Source of the DNA: a bacterium
Lineage (GTDB): Bacteria > CG2-30-53-67 > CG2-30-70-394
DNA: 62,718 nt
Assembly (NCBI GenBank): GCA_036393335.1
Contig: DASWHD010000093.1
Coordinates: forward strand, 1-62,718
Reading direction: 5' to 3'
Shown: piece after piece, positions 11,609-20,347 of the stretch
Layout: each line of letters opens with the position of its first letter
Position numbering within the stretch: the stretch's first letter is position 1
The notes under the pieces: generated by a model
What the model was told of the DNA's origin: nothing
The model's input: the letters and a program-made list of their open reading frames with translations, nothing else
Databases searched by the model: none
Made by a program: the position numbers and the translations under genes

Positions 11609-12577
11609 CTAGTCGATGAAGTAGAAGAACTTCGGGTGGGTCCCTAGCTCTTCCTTCAGACGGAAGACCCGTTTGGTGGCGATCAGCTTGCGGATCTCGC
11701 TCTCCGGGTCCAGGAGGTTGCCGAATTTCCGCGCCCCCACTGGACACGACTCGACGCACGCGGGGTAACGGCCGGTGCGGCTGCGTTGAATGCAGAAGGT
11801 GCACTTCTCCATGGTCCCCTTGAATCGCGGCCGGTTACCGATGTAGTGCATGTCGGGATTAATTCCTCCAGCGTGATAGGTGGGGGTGGTCCAGTTGAAG
11901 CGGCGCGCGAAGTACGGGCAGGCGGCGAGGCAGAAGCGACAGCCGATGCACCAGTTGTAGTCGACCACGACGATCCCGTCCTTTTCCTGCCAGGTGGCGT
12001 GGGTCGGACACACCTTGACGCACGGCGGGTTCTCGCATTGTTGGCACTGCACCGGCATGTAGTAGTACGCCGGGTCCGGGACCTTCTCGTGCTCGTAGTA
12101 GTGGTGGCTACCCTCGATCTCCATCGAGCCTTTCTCGATCTCCAGCACCCGAATCCACTCCATCATGGGATCGCGCGACTGGTTGTTCTCACCGACGCAC
12201 GCCTTCACGCACCTCCGGCAGCCGACACATTTACCAATGTTCAGGGCGTAGGCCCACAGCACCCCCTCCGGCGCCGGCACGGTGGAGATGGTGATGCGGT
12301 CGTCGTGGAATCGTTCGCGATAGAGCTTCTCCAGATAGGCGACGCGCTGTTCGACCTCGGCGGGGCTCATCTCCACAAAGTGGTGCAGGCAAAAGTCCTC
12401 CTTGGAGAAGATCTGCGGGACGTGCAGGAGGTCCTTGGGCAGCAAGGTCAGTGCCGCCAGGGCGGCGGTGCCCTGCCCCGTGCGGCGCAGGAAATCACGG
12501 CGCGAGACCCGCTCCTGCGGCGGCCGCAGCTCGATGGGCTGTGGCTCGGCGCAGCGGGGCTGCCTGGGCTCAGGCAT
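11609..12577 (-). CDS. Tat-exported 4Fe-4S ferredoxin-type subunit (NrfC/DsrO/HmcB-like)
   Basis: Twin-arginine signal SRRDFLRR. Multiple CxxCxxCxxxCP clusters (CVGCRRCVKAC, CQQCENPPCVKVCP, CIGCRFCLAACP, CTFC). Its ATG overlaps the upstream stop (ATGA). Confidence 0.85.
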   Translation of the reverse strand: MPEPRQPRCAEPQPIELRPPQERVSRRDFLRRTGQGTAALAALTLLPKDLLHVPQIFSKEDFCLHHFVEMSPAEVEQRVAYLEKLYRERFHDDRITISTVPAPEGVLWAYALNIGKCVGCRRCVKACVGENNQSRDPMMEWIRVLEIEKGSMEIEGSHHYYEHEKVPDPAYYYMPVQCQQCENPPCVKVCPTHATWQEKDGIVVVDYNWCIGCRFCLAACPYFARRFNWTTPTYHAGGINPDMHYIGNRPRFKGTMEKCTFCIQRSRTGRYPACVESCPVGARKFGNLLDPESEIRKLIATKRVFRLKEELGTHPKFFYFID

Positions 12578-13320
12578 CAGTCTCTCCTCCCGAAGGCCGC
12601 ATAGGCGGCGAGACCCACGAAGGCGAAGACGCCGAGGGCGACGACGAATGGCAGGTCCGGGGCCGCGGGGGGCGCGGCCGGATAATCTTCCGCCGGCTCC
12701 AGCGGCACCAGCTTGAACTGCGGATCGTGGGGGTTGTGGCAGCCGGTACAGATGCGCGCCGGTTTGGGCTCGCTCAACGTACCCACCCAGCGGCCGTGGA
12801 GACGGTTCTGCCAGTCGCGATAGATCGGCCCGTGGCATTGGCCGCACAGGCGTGGGGCCTCACCCCAAGGGATCTGTTCGCCATTGAAGAGCTGCAGCAC
12901 GTTGCGTTTGTTCGCGCTGTGGCAAGTGAGGCACCAGAAGGCGCCCTTGCCGTGCTTGAGGTCCTTGTCATCGTGCGGGTCCTCCAGCTTGCGCGGTGTC
13001 GGATCGACCTCCCACGTCTCGTCGTGGCAATCGGTGCAGGTTCCCTCTTCGAAGCGGAACGGCTCCTGGAAATCGCCCTCCAGCCACCCGTCGAGGGTGC
13101 CGTTCTCCTGGTAGTAGAGACCGGCCGGGCCCGGCACACGGATATCCTCGGGATGGCAGACCACACAGCCCTGGCCGGTCTTCTCCGCCATGGCGACGGT
13201 GGCGTGCGCCTGGCCTCCCGCCAGCAGGAGCAAGGAGATGCACAGGGTGGAGTGGAGCACGACGCGGGCACGGCGCGCTGATCGTGGAGGGAGAGGCAAG
13301 GGCGCGCGGGGCAGGTTCAT
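12577..13320 (-). CDS. Pentahaem c-type cytochrome with a C-terminal membrane anchor
   Basis: 5 CXXCH motifs (CVVCH, CTDCH, CLTCH, CGQCH, CTGCH). N-terminal signal and a C-terminal hydrophobic helix (FVVALGVFAFVGLAAYAAF). Confidence 0.85.
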   Translation of the reverse strand: MNLPRAPLPLPPRSARRARVVLHSTLCISLLLLAGGQAHATVAMAEKTGQGCVVCHPEDIRVPGPAGLYYQENGTLDGWLEGDFQEPFRFEEGTCTDCHDETWEVDPTPRKLEDPHDDKDLKHGKGAFWCLTCHSANKRNVLQLFNGEQIPWGEAPRLCGQCHGPIYRDWQNRLHGRWVGTLSEPKPARICTGCHNPHDPQFKLVPLEPAEDYPAAPPAAPDLPFVVALGVFAFVGLAAYAAFGRRD

Positions 13321-13340
13321 GGGGGAAACGGTGGCTTGGC

Positions 13341-14153
13341 TCACTCGGTCTTCTTCTGCAGGGACTCGCGATGCGCCCGTCTCTTCTCCTCCAGCTTGGC
13401 CTGCTCGATCTCCCGCTCCTTTTGCCGGAGGCGGTTGAGGATCGCGTCCGAGGTGTCCTGCGCCTGGTCGAGGTTGAAGGTGTGCCAGGCGATGCGCTGG
13501 TTCTTCACCTGCTCGTAGAAGGGCACCATCTCCTGCGGCTGGCCAATCGACTCGTAGTACGCTCCAACCCACTTCAGGTAGCTGCTGATTATCATGTTGT
13601 GGCGGCGGATCTGGCGTGCTTTCTCGGGAAAGCCGGGGTGGTTCCCGGTCTCCTCGTTGTGGCAGCGCTCACACACCGTGGCGATCTTCGACGGGGTAAG
13701 GACCGTCGTGTTGAGGGAACCGTGACAGGTGACGCAGTTCGGGCCGACGCCCTGCTCGGTGAGACGGCGGTAGTGCTTGCTCTGGGTGAAGCTATCGTAG
13801 ATCTCGGCGTGGCACCGGCCGCACACCTTGGGGATGTTCTTGTAGAAGACCTGGCTTCCGGGTAGCCCGGCTTCCAGCGCCTTACCGTGGGCCTGGTCCT
13901 TGTCGGCCGCCTGCGGGTCGCCTCCGTGGCAGTCGGAGCAGGTGACCCCATTGGCCGCGTGGCTGGAAGCGCTCCACTTCTGGAAGTAATCGAACAGCTT
14001 CTTGTTGCGTACCGCAAACGACGGGTCGCCGTGGCAGGTGACGCAACGATCCTCGGCGGCGGCCGCCACCGGGGCCGGGACTATCAGCACGGGCAAAACG
14101 ATCGCCGCCCACAGCGTCAGACCCAGGCGCGCTACTCGTCCGCTCACATCCAT
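13341..14153 (-). CDS. Pentahaem c-type cytochrome (secreted), first gene of the minus-strand operon
   Basis: 5 CXXCH motifs (CVTCH, CSDCH, CGRCH, CVTCH, CERCH). N-terminal signal-like hydrophobic segment. Confidence 0.85.
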   Translation of the reverse strand: MDVSGRVARLGLTLWAAIVLPVLIVPAPVAAAAEDRCVTCHGDPSFAVRNKKLFDYFQKWSASSHAANGVTCSDCHGGDPQAADKDQAHGKALEAGLPGSQVFYKNIPKVCGRCHAEIYDSFTQSKHYRRLTEQGVGPNCVTCHGSLNTTVLTPSKIATVCERCHNEETGNHPGFPEKARQIRRHNMIISSYLKWVGAYYESIGQPQEMVPFYEQVKNQRIAWHTFNLDQAQDTSDAILNRLRQKEREIEQAKLEEKRRAHRESLQKKTE

Positions 14154-14234
14154 AGTTGTGCCCTTTCTCCGGTCGTGCGCCGGTCTGTCCCGGGGCGCAC
14201 GCGCTCCCCTCCGAGCCGGGAATAATAAATTTCT

Positions 14235-14249
14235 GCAAATGCCTTGCCA
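14235..14249 (-). promoter_or_regulatory. Sigma-54-type -24/-12 promoter candidate (TGGCAA-N5-TTGC)
   Basis: The minus strand reads ccTGGCAAGGCATTTGCag. GG-N10-GC spacing is correct, with one mismatch to TGGCAC-N5-TTGC. It lies about 80 nt upstream of the ATG at 14153. Confidence 0.45.
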
Positions 14250-14675
14250 GGTCGGGGCGACGCGCGGCGCCTGATGTCGGTTCTGGGCAAAGACGGGCAG
14301 GCAGGTTGCGCCCCGCGCGCCGAGGGGCGAATTTGCCCGGTTGCGTTCCGTTATTGGGGCGCTATCGTGCGACGCGGGCGGGAGGGCGCAGGGGCGATGC
14401 GCGATCCCCCCGTTGGATGGCGGGCGCGGAGTACCGGTGCCGCGAGCGGGCGACCGACTCGCCTGGGGCAGAAAAGCCCATCATCTTACTAGAGGTTGGG
14501 GAATTCCGTCCCGGTTCGACTGCGTCGCCGGACGTCCCTGGCCGTGCCGCCATCGGTAGATCGCGTTGCTGATGGACCCACGACCATGATCCGCGCCCTG
14601 GTGAGGCACGGCAGCCGCCTCCGGAGCACAGGATCGGAGAGATTGCAGCCGCCACCTCCGGGGACATGACAGGGT

Positions 14676-14690
14676 TGGCACATGCTTTGC
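14676..14690 (+). promoter_or_regulatory. Sigma-54-type -24/-12 promoter candidate (TGGCAC-N5-TTGC)
   Basis: The plus strand reads gtTGGCACATGCTTTGCg, an exact match to the core consensus. It lies about 100 nt upstream of GTG 14788 and about 365 nt upstream of ATG 15056. Confidence 0.55.
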
Positions 14691-14787
14691 GTCAGCTCCT
14701 TGGTCGTCGCCGGTCGAGGGGGCCGCGCGGCGGTGCGGGGCGTTTGCGCCACGGCTCACTCAATGGCAAACGGATTGGAGGTACGCG

Positions 14788-15015
14788 GTGATTACCCTCA
14801 AGGTCGTGGTCCTCGCGCTGGTCCATATCGCGCTGCTGGTCGTCATGGGCGGGACCCTGGTGAGCATCATGAGCAGCGACGTGAGGTTCACCGACGAAGC
14901 CGGTTTGACCTGGCACAAGGGCGCGGCTAGCCGGGCAGCGGTGAAGGCGACGATCTGTTTCCTCGCCTTCTGCGCCTACCTCTTCATGATCATCAACTTC
15001 AAGTTCGTCGGGTAG
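14788..15015 (+). CDS. Possible small two-helix membrane protein (75 aa, GTG start)
   Basis: Hydrophobic ORF preceded by GGAGG, lying between the sigma-54-like element and the FeS gene. No family recognised. Confidence 0.3.
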   Translation: MITLKVVVLALVHIALLVVMGGTLVSIMSSDVRFTDEAGLTWHKGAASRAAVKATICFLAFCAYLFMIINFKFVG

Positions 15016-15055
15016 CCGCGCCCCGGTACCGGCGGCCCCACCGGGAGTCAACCGC

Positions 15056-15706
15056 ATGGCCTTTGAGGTGAACAACGGCGCGCGCAACGGCGCGCGCAAA
15101 GTCCGGTACGGGATGCTGGTGGACCTGCGTCGCTGCGTCGGCTGCCAGTCGTGCTCCGTGGCCTGCAAGAGCGAAAACGAGGTGCCGCTCGGTAAGTTCC
15201 GTACCTGGGTGAAGGTAATCGAGAAGGGCCGTTATCCGGACGTCAGCCGGCAGTTCCTGCCGATCATGTGCAACCAGTGCGAGAAGCCGATCTGCAACCG
15301 CAACTGCCCGGTCAAGGCGACCTACGTGCGCGACGACGGCATCGTCGAGGTCAACCCCCATCGCTGCATCGGCTGCATGTACTGCATGGCGTCGTGCCCG
15401 TACGACGTGCGCTACATCAACCCGCTGCGCAAGATCGTACAGAAGTGCAATTGGTGCGCGCACCGCCTCGATGCGGGGTTGTTGCCGGCCTGCGTCGAGA
15501 CCTGTCTGGGCCGTGCCCTGGTGTTCGGCGACATCAACGACCCGAACAGCGAGATCTCGCAGCTCCTGGCGACCAATCCGGTGGTTACCCTGAAGGCGGC
15601 TCTCGGGACCGAACCACACTGCTTTTACATCGGGGCGGACGCGGACGCCATGGATCCCACCAAGGGCGTGGACATCAACCACCTGCACTTCCACGAGCCG
15701 TATTAG
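15056..15706 (+). CDS. 4Fe-4S ferredoxin-type subunit (PsrB/TtrB/NrfC-like, no own signal peptide)
   Basis: CVGCQSCSVACK, CNQCEKPICNRNCP, CIGCMYCMASCP and CNWC...C cluster motifs; 216 aa. Confidence 0.9.
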   Translation: MAFEVNNGARNGARKVRYGMLVDLRRCVGCQSCSVACKSENEVPLGKFRTWVKVIEKGRYPDVSRQFLPIMCNQCEKPICNRNCPVKATYVRDDGIVEVNPHRCIGCMYCMASCPYDVRYINPLRKIVQKCNWCAHRLDAGLLPACVETCLGRALVFGDINDPNSEISQLLATNPVVTLKAALGTEPHCFYIGADADAMDPTKGVDINHLHFHEPY

Positions 15707-15707
15707 T

Positions 15708-15810
15708 GAGAGCCGTCAGCTTTCAGCGGTTAGCTGTCAGCTCGTGGAATCCCGAAATGAAAGACTTCCGATCAAGCTGACCGCTGAAGGCTGATCGCTG
15801 AGAGCTAACC
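15708..15810. repeat. Heptamer-periodic hairpin repeat ((NNTCAGC)x4 ... (GCTGANN)x5)
   Basis: Read directly. It fills the 105-nt gap between the FeS gene and the NrfD-like gene of one operon. Confidence 0.8.
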
Positions 15811-15811
15811 C

Positions 15812-16750
15812 ATGGACGTCGGAAGCCAAGTGACGGTGCTCTACAACGCGCCGTACCAGATGCCGTTTCAGCTCCCCATCGCGCAGTACTTCTACTTCAC
15901 GGGTCTGTCGGCTGGCTCGTTCGTGGTATCGGTGATCGCGGTCCTCGGCGGCAAGACCGAATACAAGCCCCTGGGCCGGATCGGCGCGATTCTCGCGCCC
16001 CTGTGCCTGATCCTGGCGCCGATGAACCTGCTGGTGGACATGACCCAGCCGCTACGGTTCTGGCACCTGATGACCTACCTGCCGGGCTACGTGAACTTCC
16101 GCTCGCCCATCACCTACGGCGTGATGCTCCTCACCTCCTATCCCATCTCGGCGATCGTCTACGCCTATTTCGTCTATTCGGACAACCTCAAGTGGTCGAA
16201 GATCATGGCGATCATCGGCATCCCGCTGGCGATCGCCGTGCACGGGTACACCGGCTTCATCCTCGCCTTGGGGAAGGGCCGCGCCCTGTGGAACACGGCG
16301 CTGATGCCGACCCTGTTCATCGTCTCCGCGATGGTGTCGGGCATCGCCTTGATGATCATCATGGCGGTGATCCGCAACCTGTGGATGATGCGCGACGAGA
16401 CGCCGGAGGCGCGGCAAAAGGACGCCCAGCTCATCTGCGGCCTGGGCAACTTCCTCGGGGCGGCGATCGTCGCCGATCTCTTCCTCCTGTTTAACGCGGT
16501 GTTGGTGATCTTGACCTCCAGCCAAGAGGCGTTCCACGCGGCGGAGCTCCTCCTCTGGGGCCACTTCGCCCCCGAATTCATCGGCGTCGAGCTGATCATC
16601 GGCGCCCTGATCCCGCTGGTCATCGTCTTCTACCCGAAGACCAAGCGCTCGTTCGCTTGGCTGAGCCTGGCCTCGGTGATGACCATGGTCGGCATCTTCG
16701 CGATGCGTTTCACGGTAGTGGTCGGGGGACAGTCAGTACCCCTTCACTGA
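15812..16750 (+). CDS. NrfD/PsrC-family membrane anchor subunit (312 aa)
   Basis: Polytopic hydrophobic protein in a PsrC-like size class, between the FeS subunit and the molybdopterin subunit. Confidence 0.82.
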   Translation: MDVGSQVTVLYNAPYQMPFQLPIAQYFYFTGLSAGSFVVSVIAVLGGKTEYKPLGRIGAILAPLCLILAPMNLLVDMTQPLRFWHLMTYLPGYVNFRSPITYGVMLLTSYPISAIVYAYFVYSDNLKWSKIMAIIGIPLAIAVHGYTGFILALGKGRALWNTALMPTLFIVSAMVSGIALMIIMAVIRNLWMMRDETPEARQKDAQLICGLGNFLGAAIVADLFLLFNAVLVILTSSQEAFHAAELLLWGHFAPEFIGVELIIGALIPLVIVFYPKTKRSFAWLSLASVMTMVGIFAMRFTVVVGGQSVPLH

Positions 16751-16811
16751 CGGCCATCACCGAAGCGACCGGCAGAACGGTGGGGCGATCGTTGTGTAAG
16801 GAAACGTGGCG

Positions 16812-19121
16812 ATGAAATTGACGCGCAGGCAGCTCTTCAAATACTCCGCCCTGGGCGGTGCGTTGCTGGGGATGGAGCGCTCCTTCGACCACATGGCACG
16901 GGCCATGGAGCTGATCGAGGGGGGCAAGGAGGTCTCGCGCACCACGGGCAAGAACCTCAAGGCGATCCCGAGCACCTGCCTGCACTGCTACGCGCGCTGC
17001 GGCAACTTCGGCTTCACCGCCTATGGCGAGCTGCTCAAGATCGGTCCCAGCACCCAGCATCCGAATAGCCGGGGTCGTCTATGCGCCAAGGGACAGGCGG
17101 GGCTGAACCGGGTCTACGACCCGGATCGCCTGATGCTGCCGTTGAAACGCACGGGGCCGCGTGGCGAGGGCAAGTGGCGGCAGATCTCGTGGGAGGCGGC
17201 GTACCAGGAGGTGGCCGACCGTCTGAAGGCCCTGCGCCAGGCGGGCACGCCGGAGCGTTTCGTCTTCCAATCCGACCGCGACATCACCACCCAGCAGATC
17301 ACTCGCCGCTTCTGCCACGCCGTCGGCTCGCCCAACGCCCTGGTCAACCATCCGGTGGGCGGCCTCAACAAGAGCGTGGCCCAGCGGCTCACCTGGGGCG
17401 CGGATTGCGAGGTGCCGGACGTCGCCAACAGCCAGTACATCCTGATCTTCGGCTCCAATCCTTACGAGGCCCACTACCTGCGCACCAGCTTCGTGCAGCG
17501 CATCGCCGAGGCGCGCGGCGTGCGCCGCGCGGGGACCCTGCTCAAGCCCAAGGCGAAGATGGTGGTGTTCGACGTGCGCGTCACCCAGACTTCGGGGCGT
17601 GCCGACGAGTGGCACCCGATCCAGCCCGGCACCGACGGGGCCGTGGCCCTGGCGATGGCCCACGTGATCGTCGAGGAGGGGCTCTACGACGTGGAGTTCA
17701 TGGAGAACTGGACCAACTACCCGATCCGTTCCCTGCGTAACCACCTCCGCCAGTACACTCCCGAGTGGGCCGAGGGGATCAGCGGCGTGAAGGCCTCCGA
17801 TATCAAGCGCCTGGCGCGGGAGTTCGCCACGACCAAGCCGGCGACCACCGTCTCCACCGGGGGGGTGACCAAGCACGCCAATGGCGTCTATACCGAGCGC
17901 GCCGTGGCGCTGCTCAACGCCCTGACCGGGAATGTCGACGTGGAGGGTGGCTACTGTCTGCCGCGCAGCTTCGCACTAGCGGATCCGGAGCCGGTACCGC
18001 TGGTGCCGCGGGTGGCGAGCGAGCTCCTGCACCCGTCCGATTACCCCCTCGCCATGCACGAGGTGCCGTCGCGGGTGCTGCCCATGATCAAGGAAGGCCG
18101 GGCCAAGGTCGGCGTGTACATGACCTATCAGCACAACCCCGTGTACTCCCAGGCCGAGGGGCCGTCGTTGGCAAAGATCTTGGAGGACGAGGAGCTGATT
18201 CCGTACTTCGTCTGCCTCGACTCGGTGTACACCGAGACCGCCGCATACGCGGACCTGCTGCTGCCCGCCGCGACGTTCGCTGAACGCTGGGAGTTGGAGA
18301 GCCCGCCCGCCTTCGAGATGGTGCCGTTCGTCTCGTTACGCCAACCCCTCATCTTCCCCCTCGGCGAGGCGGTGGCAGTCACCGACGTGCTGATCAATCT
18401 CGCCGCGCGCCTCGGGGACGATGTGCACCGCTACTTCGACTTCACCACCCGCGAGTATCTGGAGGCACAGCTTGCCGGCGTGCCCGGCATCGAGCAGGCG
18501 GGGGGGCTGCACCACCTGATCGAGAAGGGGTTCTGGTTCGACCAGGCCGCCCAGCCGGAGTACCGCAGCTATCAGAGGCGCGGTTTCGCCACCCCCTCCG
18601 GCAAGTTCGAGATCTATTCCGGACGGATGGAGGAGGCCGGTTACTCGCCCCTGCCGGTCTATCAGCAGCTCCCGGTGGTGGAGAACCTGGAGGAAGAGGA
18701 GTTCACCCTCGTCACCTACCAGAGTCGGGTGCACACCCATGATCGCACCGCCAACTGCATGTGGCTCTCGGAGATCGACCATAACAACCCGGCGTTCATC
18801 AACACCGCCACCCTGGAGCGGCTGGGGATCGCCGATGGCAGCGAGGTGGTGCTCGCGTCCCGCGTCGGGCGGGTCCGGACCAAGGTCAAGGCGATCCAGG
18901 GGATCCACCCCAAGGTGATCGCCGTTAGCGACAACATGGGTCACTGGGAGCTTGGCCGTGTCGCCCAGGCCGTGCGCTTCGAGAGCGACGTGAAGACCAC
19001 CAAGTTGCTGTGGTGGGAGGAGCACGGGATACACCCCATGCCGATCATCGCCCTCAAGCAGGACCCGATCGGCGGCGGCGAGGCGTTGATGGATACCAAG
19101 GTCTGGATTCGCCGGGCATAA
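16812..19121 (+). CDS. Tat-exported molybdopterin (bis-MGD) oxidoreductase catalytic subunit, PsrA/PhsA/TtrA-like
   Basis: Twin-arginine signal MKLTRRQLFKYSALGG. N-terminal FeS motif CLHCYARCG...CAKG. About 770 aa with a molybdopterin-oxidoreductase layout. ATG 16812 is preceded by AAGGAA. Confidence 0.88.
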   Translation: MKLTRRQLFKYSALGGALLGMERSFDHMARAMELIEGGKEVSRTTGKNLKAIPSTCLHCYARCGNFGFTAYGELLKIGPSTQHPNSRGRLCAKGQAGLNRVYDPDRLMLPLKRTGPRGEGKWRQISWEAAYQEVADRLKALRQAGTPERFVFQSDRDITTQQITRRFCHAVGSPNALVNHPVGGLNKSVAQRLTWGADCEVPDVANSQYILIFGSNPYEAHYLRTSFVQRIAEARGVRRAGTLLKPKAKMVVFDVRVTQTSGRADEWHPIQPGTDGAVALAMAHVIVEEGLYDVEFMENWTNYPIRSLRNHLRQYTPEWAEGISGVKASDIKRLAREFATTKPATTVSTGGVTKHANGVYTERAVALLNALTGNVDVEGGYCLPRSFALADPEPVPLVPRVASELLHPSDYPLAMHEVPSRVLPMIKEGRAKVGVYMTYQHNPVYSQAEGPSLAKILEDEELIPYFVCLDSVYTETAAYADLLLPAATFAERWELESPPAFEMVPFVSLRQPLIFPLGEAVAVTDVLINLAARLGDDVHRYFDFTTREYLEAQLAGVPGIEQAGGLHHLIEKGFWFDQAAQPEYRSYQRRGFATPSGKFEIYSGRMEEAGYSPLPVYQQLPVVENLEEEEFTLVTYQSRVHTHDRTANCMWLSEIDHNNPAFINTATLERLGIADGSEVVLASRVGRVRTKVKAIQGIHPKVIAVSDNMGHWELGRVAQAVRFESDVKTTKLLWWEEHGIHPMPIIALKQDPIGGGEALMDTKVWIRRA

Positions 19122-19130
19122 GGTGGCGAT

Positions 19131-20309
19131 ATGATCCGCATCCCCAAGATACGGCTGAAGTACTTCCTGATCGCGCTGCCCTTCATCGTGTCGATTCCGA
19201 GCGTCTTCGTGTTGGCGCTGGAGCGCTTCACCACCTCCGACCAGCGCTTCTGCCTCACCTGCCATTACCAGATGTGGGGCAAGGACTTTCTCGTCGACTC
19301 GAAGGTCCACCCGCCGGAGGTACGGTGTCCCGAGTGCCACGCGACGGAGCACGTCCCGTTCTTACCACCCAAGGATTTCGCCTCCGACCCGAGTCGGGTC
19401 AACGTCAACTGCATGCGCTGCCACGGGGAGATGGTCGAGCGGTCAGACGTGGAGGGCTTCAAGTACAACGTGATGAAGATCCAGTTCCCCCACAAGCTAC
19501 ACCTCCAGGAGGTGGGGGCCCTGTGTACCGACTGCCACTACAACGTGAAGCACGACAAGCACATCCCCCAGACCAACCGGCCGCGGATGGTGGCGTGCTT
19601 CGAGTGCCACGATCAGGAGACGACGAGCTGCCTGAAGTGCCATCCCAAGGGCGAGCACCTGCTGCTCAGCCTGCTACCGCGCCACGAAACGATCGCCAAG
19701 CCGGTGTGCGAACAGTGTCACGAGGGTTTCGAGGACCGTGTGCAGGTGGAGTACGGCATCCGTTTCAAGCATGCCAAGCACCTGGAAAACGGCATCGCCT
19801 GCGGGACCTGTCACGAGAACAAGAACCAGCATGGGGTCATCACCAAGCAACGCAGCGAGTGTATGGCCTGCCATCACGGCGATGAGGCCCGCGCCTGCAC
19901 TGACTGCCACGCCACGCAGGTGGCGATGCGCTCCGGCAAGCTCCTGGGCATCCCCGGCGAACCTGACGTCATGGCGGCCGATGTCGAGTGCGACGTATGC
20001 CACGCGGAAGTGCGTGAGGGACACGACCCGCAGGCGATCCGCCAGACTTGCGCCGATTGCCACGAGGATGCCGTTCTCGCCAAGCTGGACGAGATCCAAC
20101 GGCGGGTGAGCGCCGAGCTGGCACGGATCGGCGGCCGGTTCGACGTCCTCCAGGATGGCCATTCGGCCGGCGTGGTGGTGGCCGGGGAGATCCTCGATGA
20201 CCTGCGCGGCGATGGCAGCCGTGGCTTCCACAACGCCAAGTACGCCGACATCCTGTTGCAGCGCGCGGATGAGCTGATCTCGGCGGAGGGGCGCGCCGAG
20301 GTCAAGTGA
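19131..20309 (+). CDS. Membrane-anchored dodecahaem c-type cytochrome with a NapC/NirT-like N-terminus
   Basis: 12 CXXCH motifs. N-terminal TM helix followed by FCLTCH...VH...CPECH, as in NapC/NirT/CymA-type quinol dehydrogenases. Confidence 0.85.
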   Translation: MIRIPKIRLKYFLIALPFIVSIPSVFVLALERFTTSDQRFCLTCHYQMWGKDFLVDSKVHPPEVRCPECHATEHVPFLPPKDFASDPSRVNVNCMRCHGEMVERSDVEGFKYNVMKIQFPHKLHLQEVGALCTDCHYNVKHDKHIPQTNRPRMVACFECHDQETTSCLKCHPKGEHLLLSLLPRHETIAKPVCEQCHEGFEDRVQVEYGIRFKHAKHLENGIACGTCHENKNQHGVITKQRSECMACHHGDEARACTDCHATQVAMRSGKLLGIPGEPDVMAADVECDVCHAEVREGHDPQAIRQTCADCHEDAVLAKLDEIQRRVSAELARIGGRFDVLQDGHSAGVVVAGEILDDLRGDGSRGFHNAKYADILLQRADELISAEGRAEVK

Positions 20310-20347
20310 GGGTGACCTTTCCCCAGTCTCTACCCAGGGTCTCCGCC

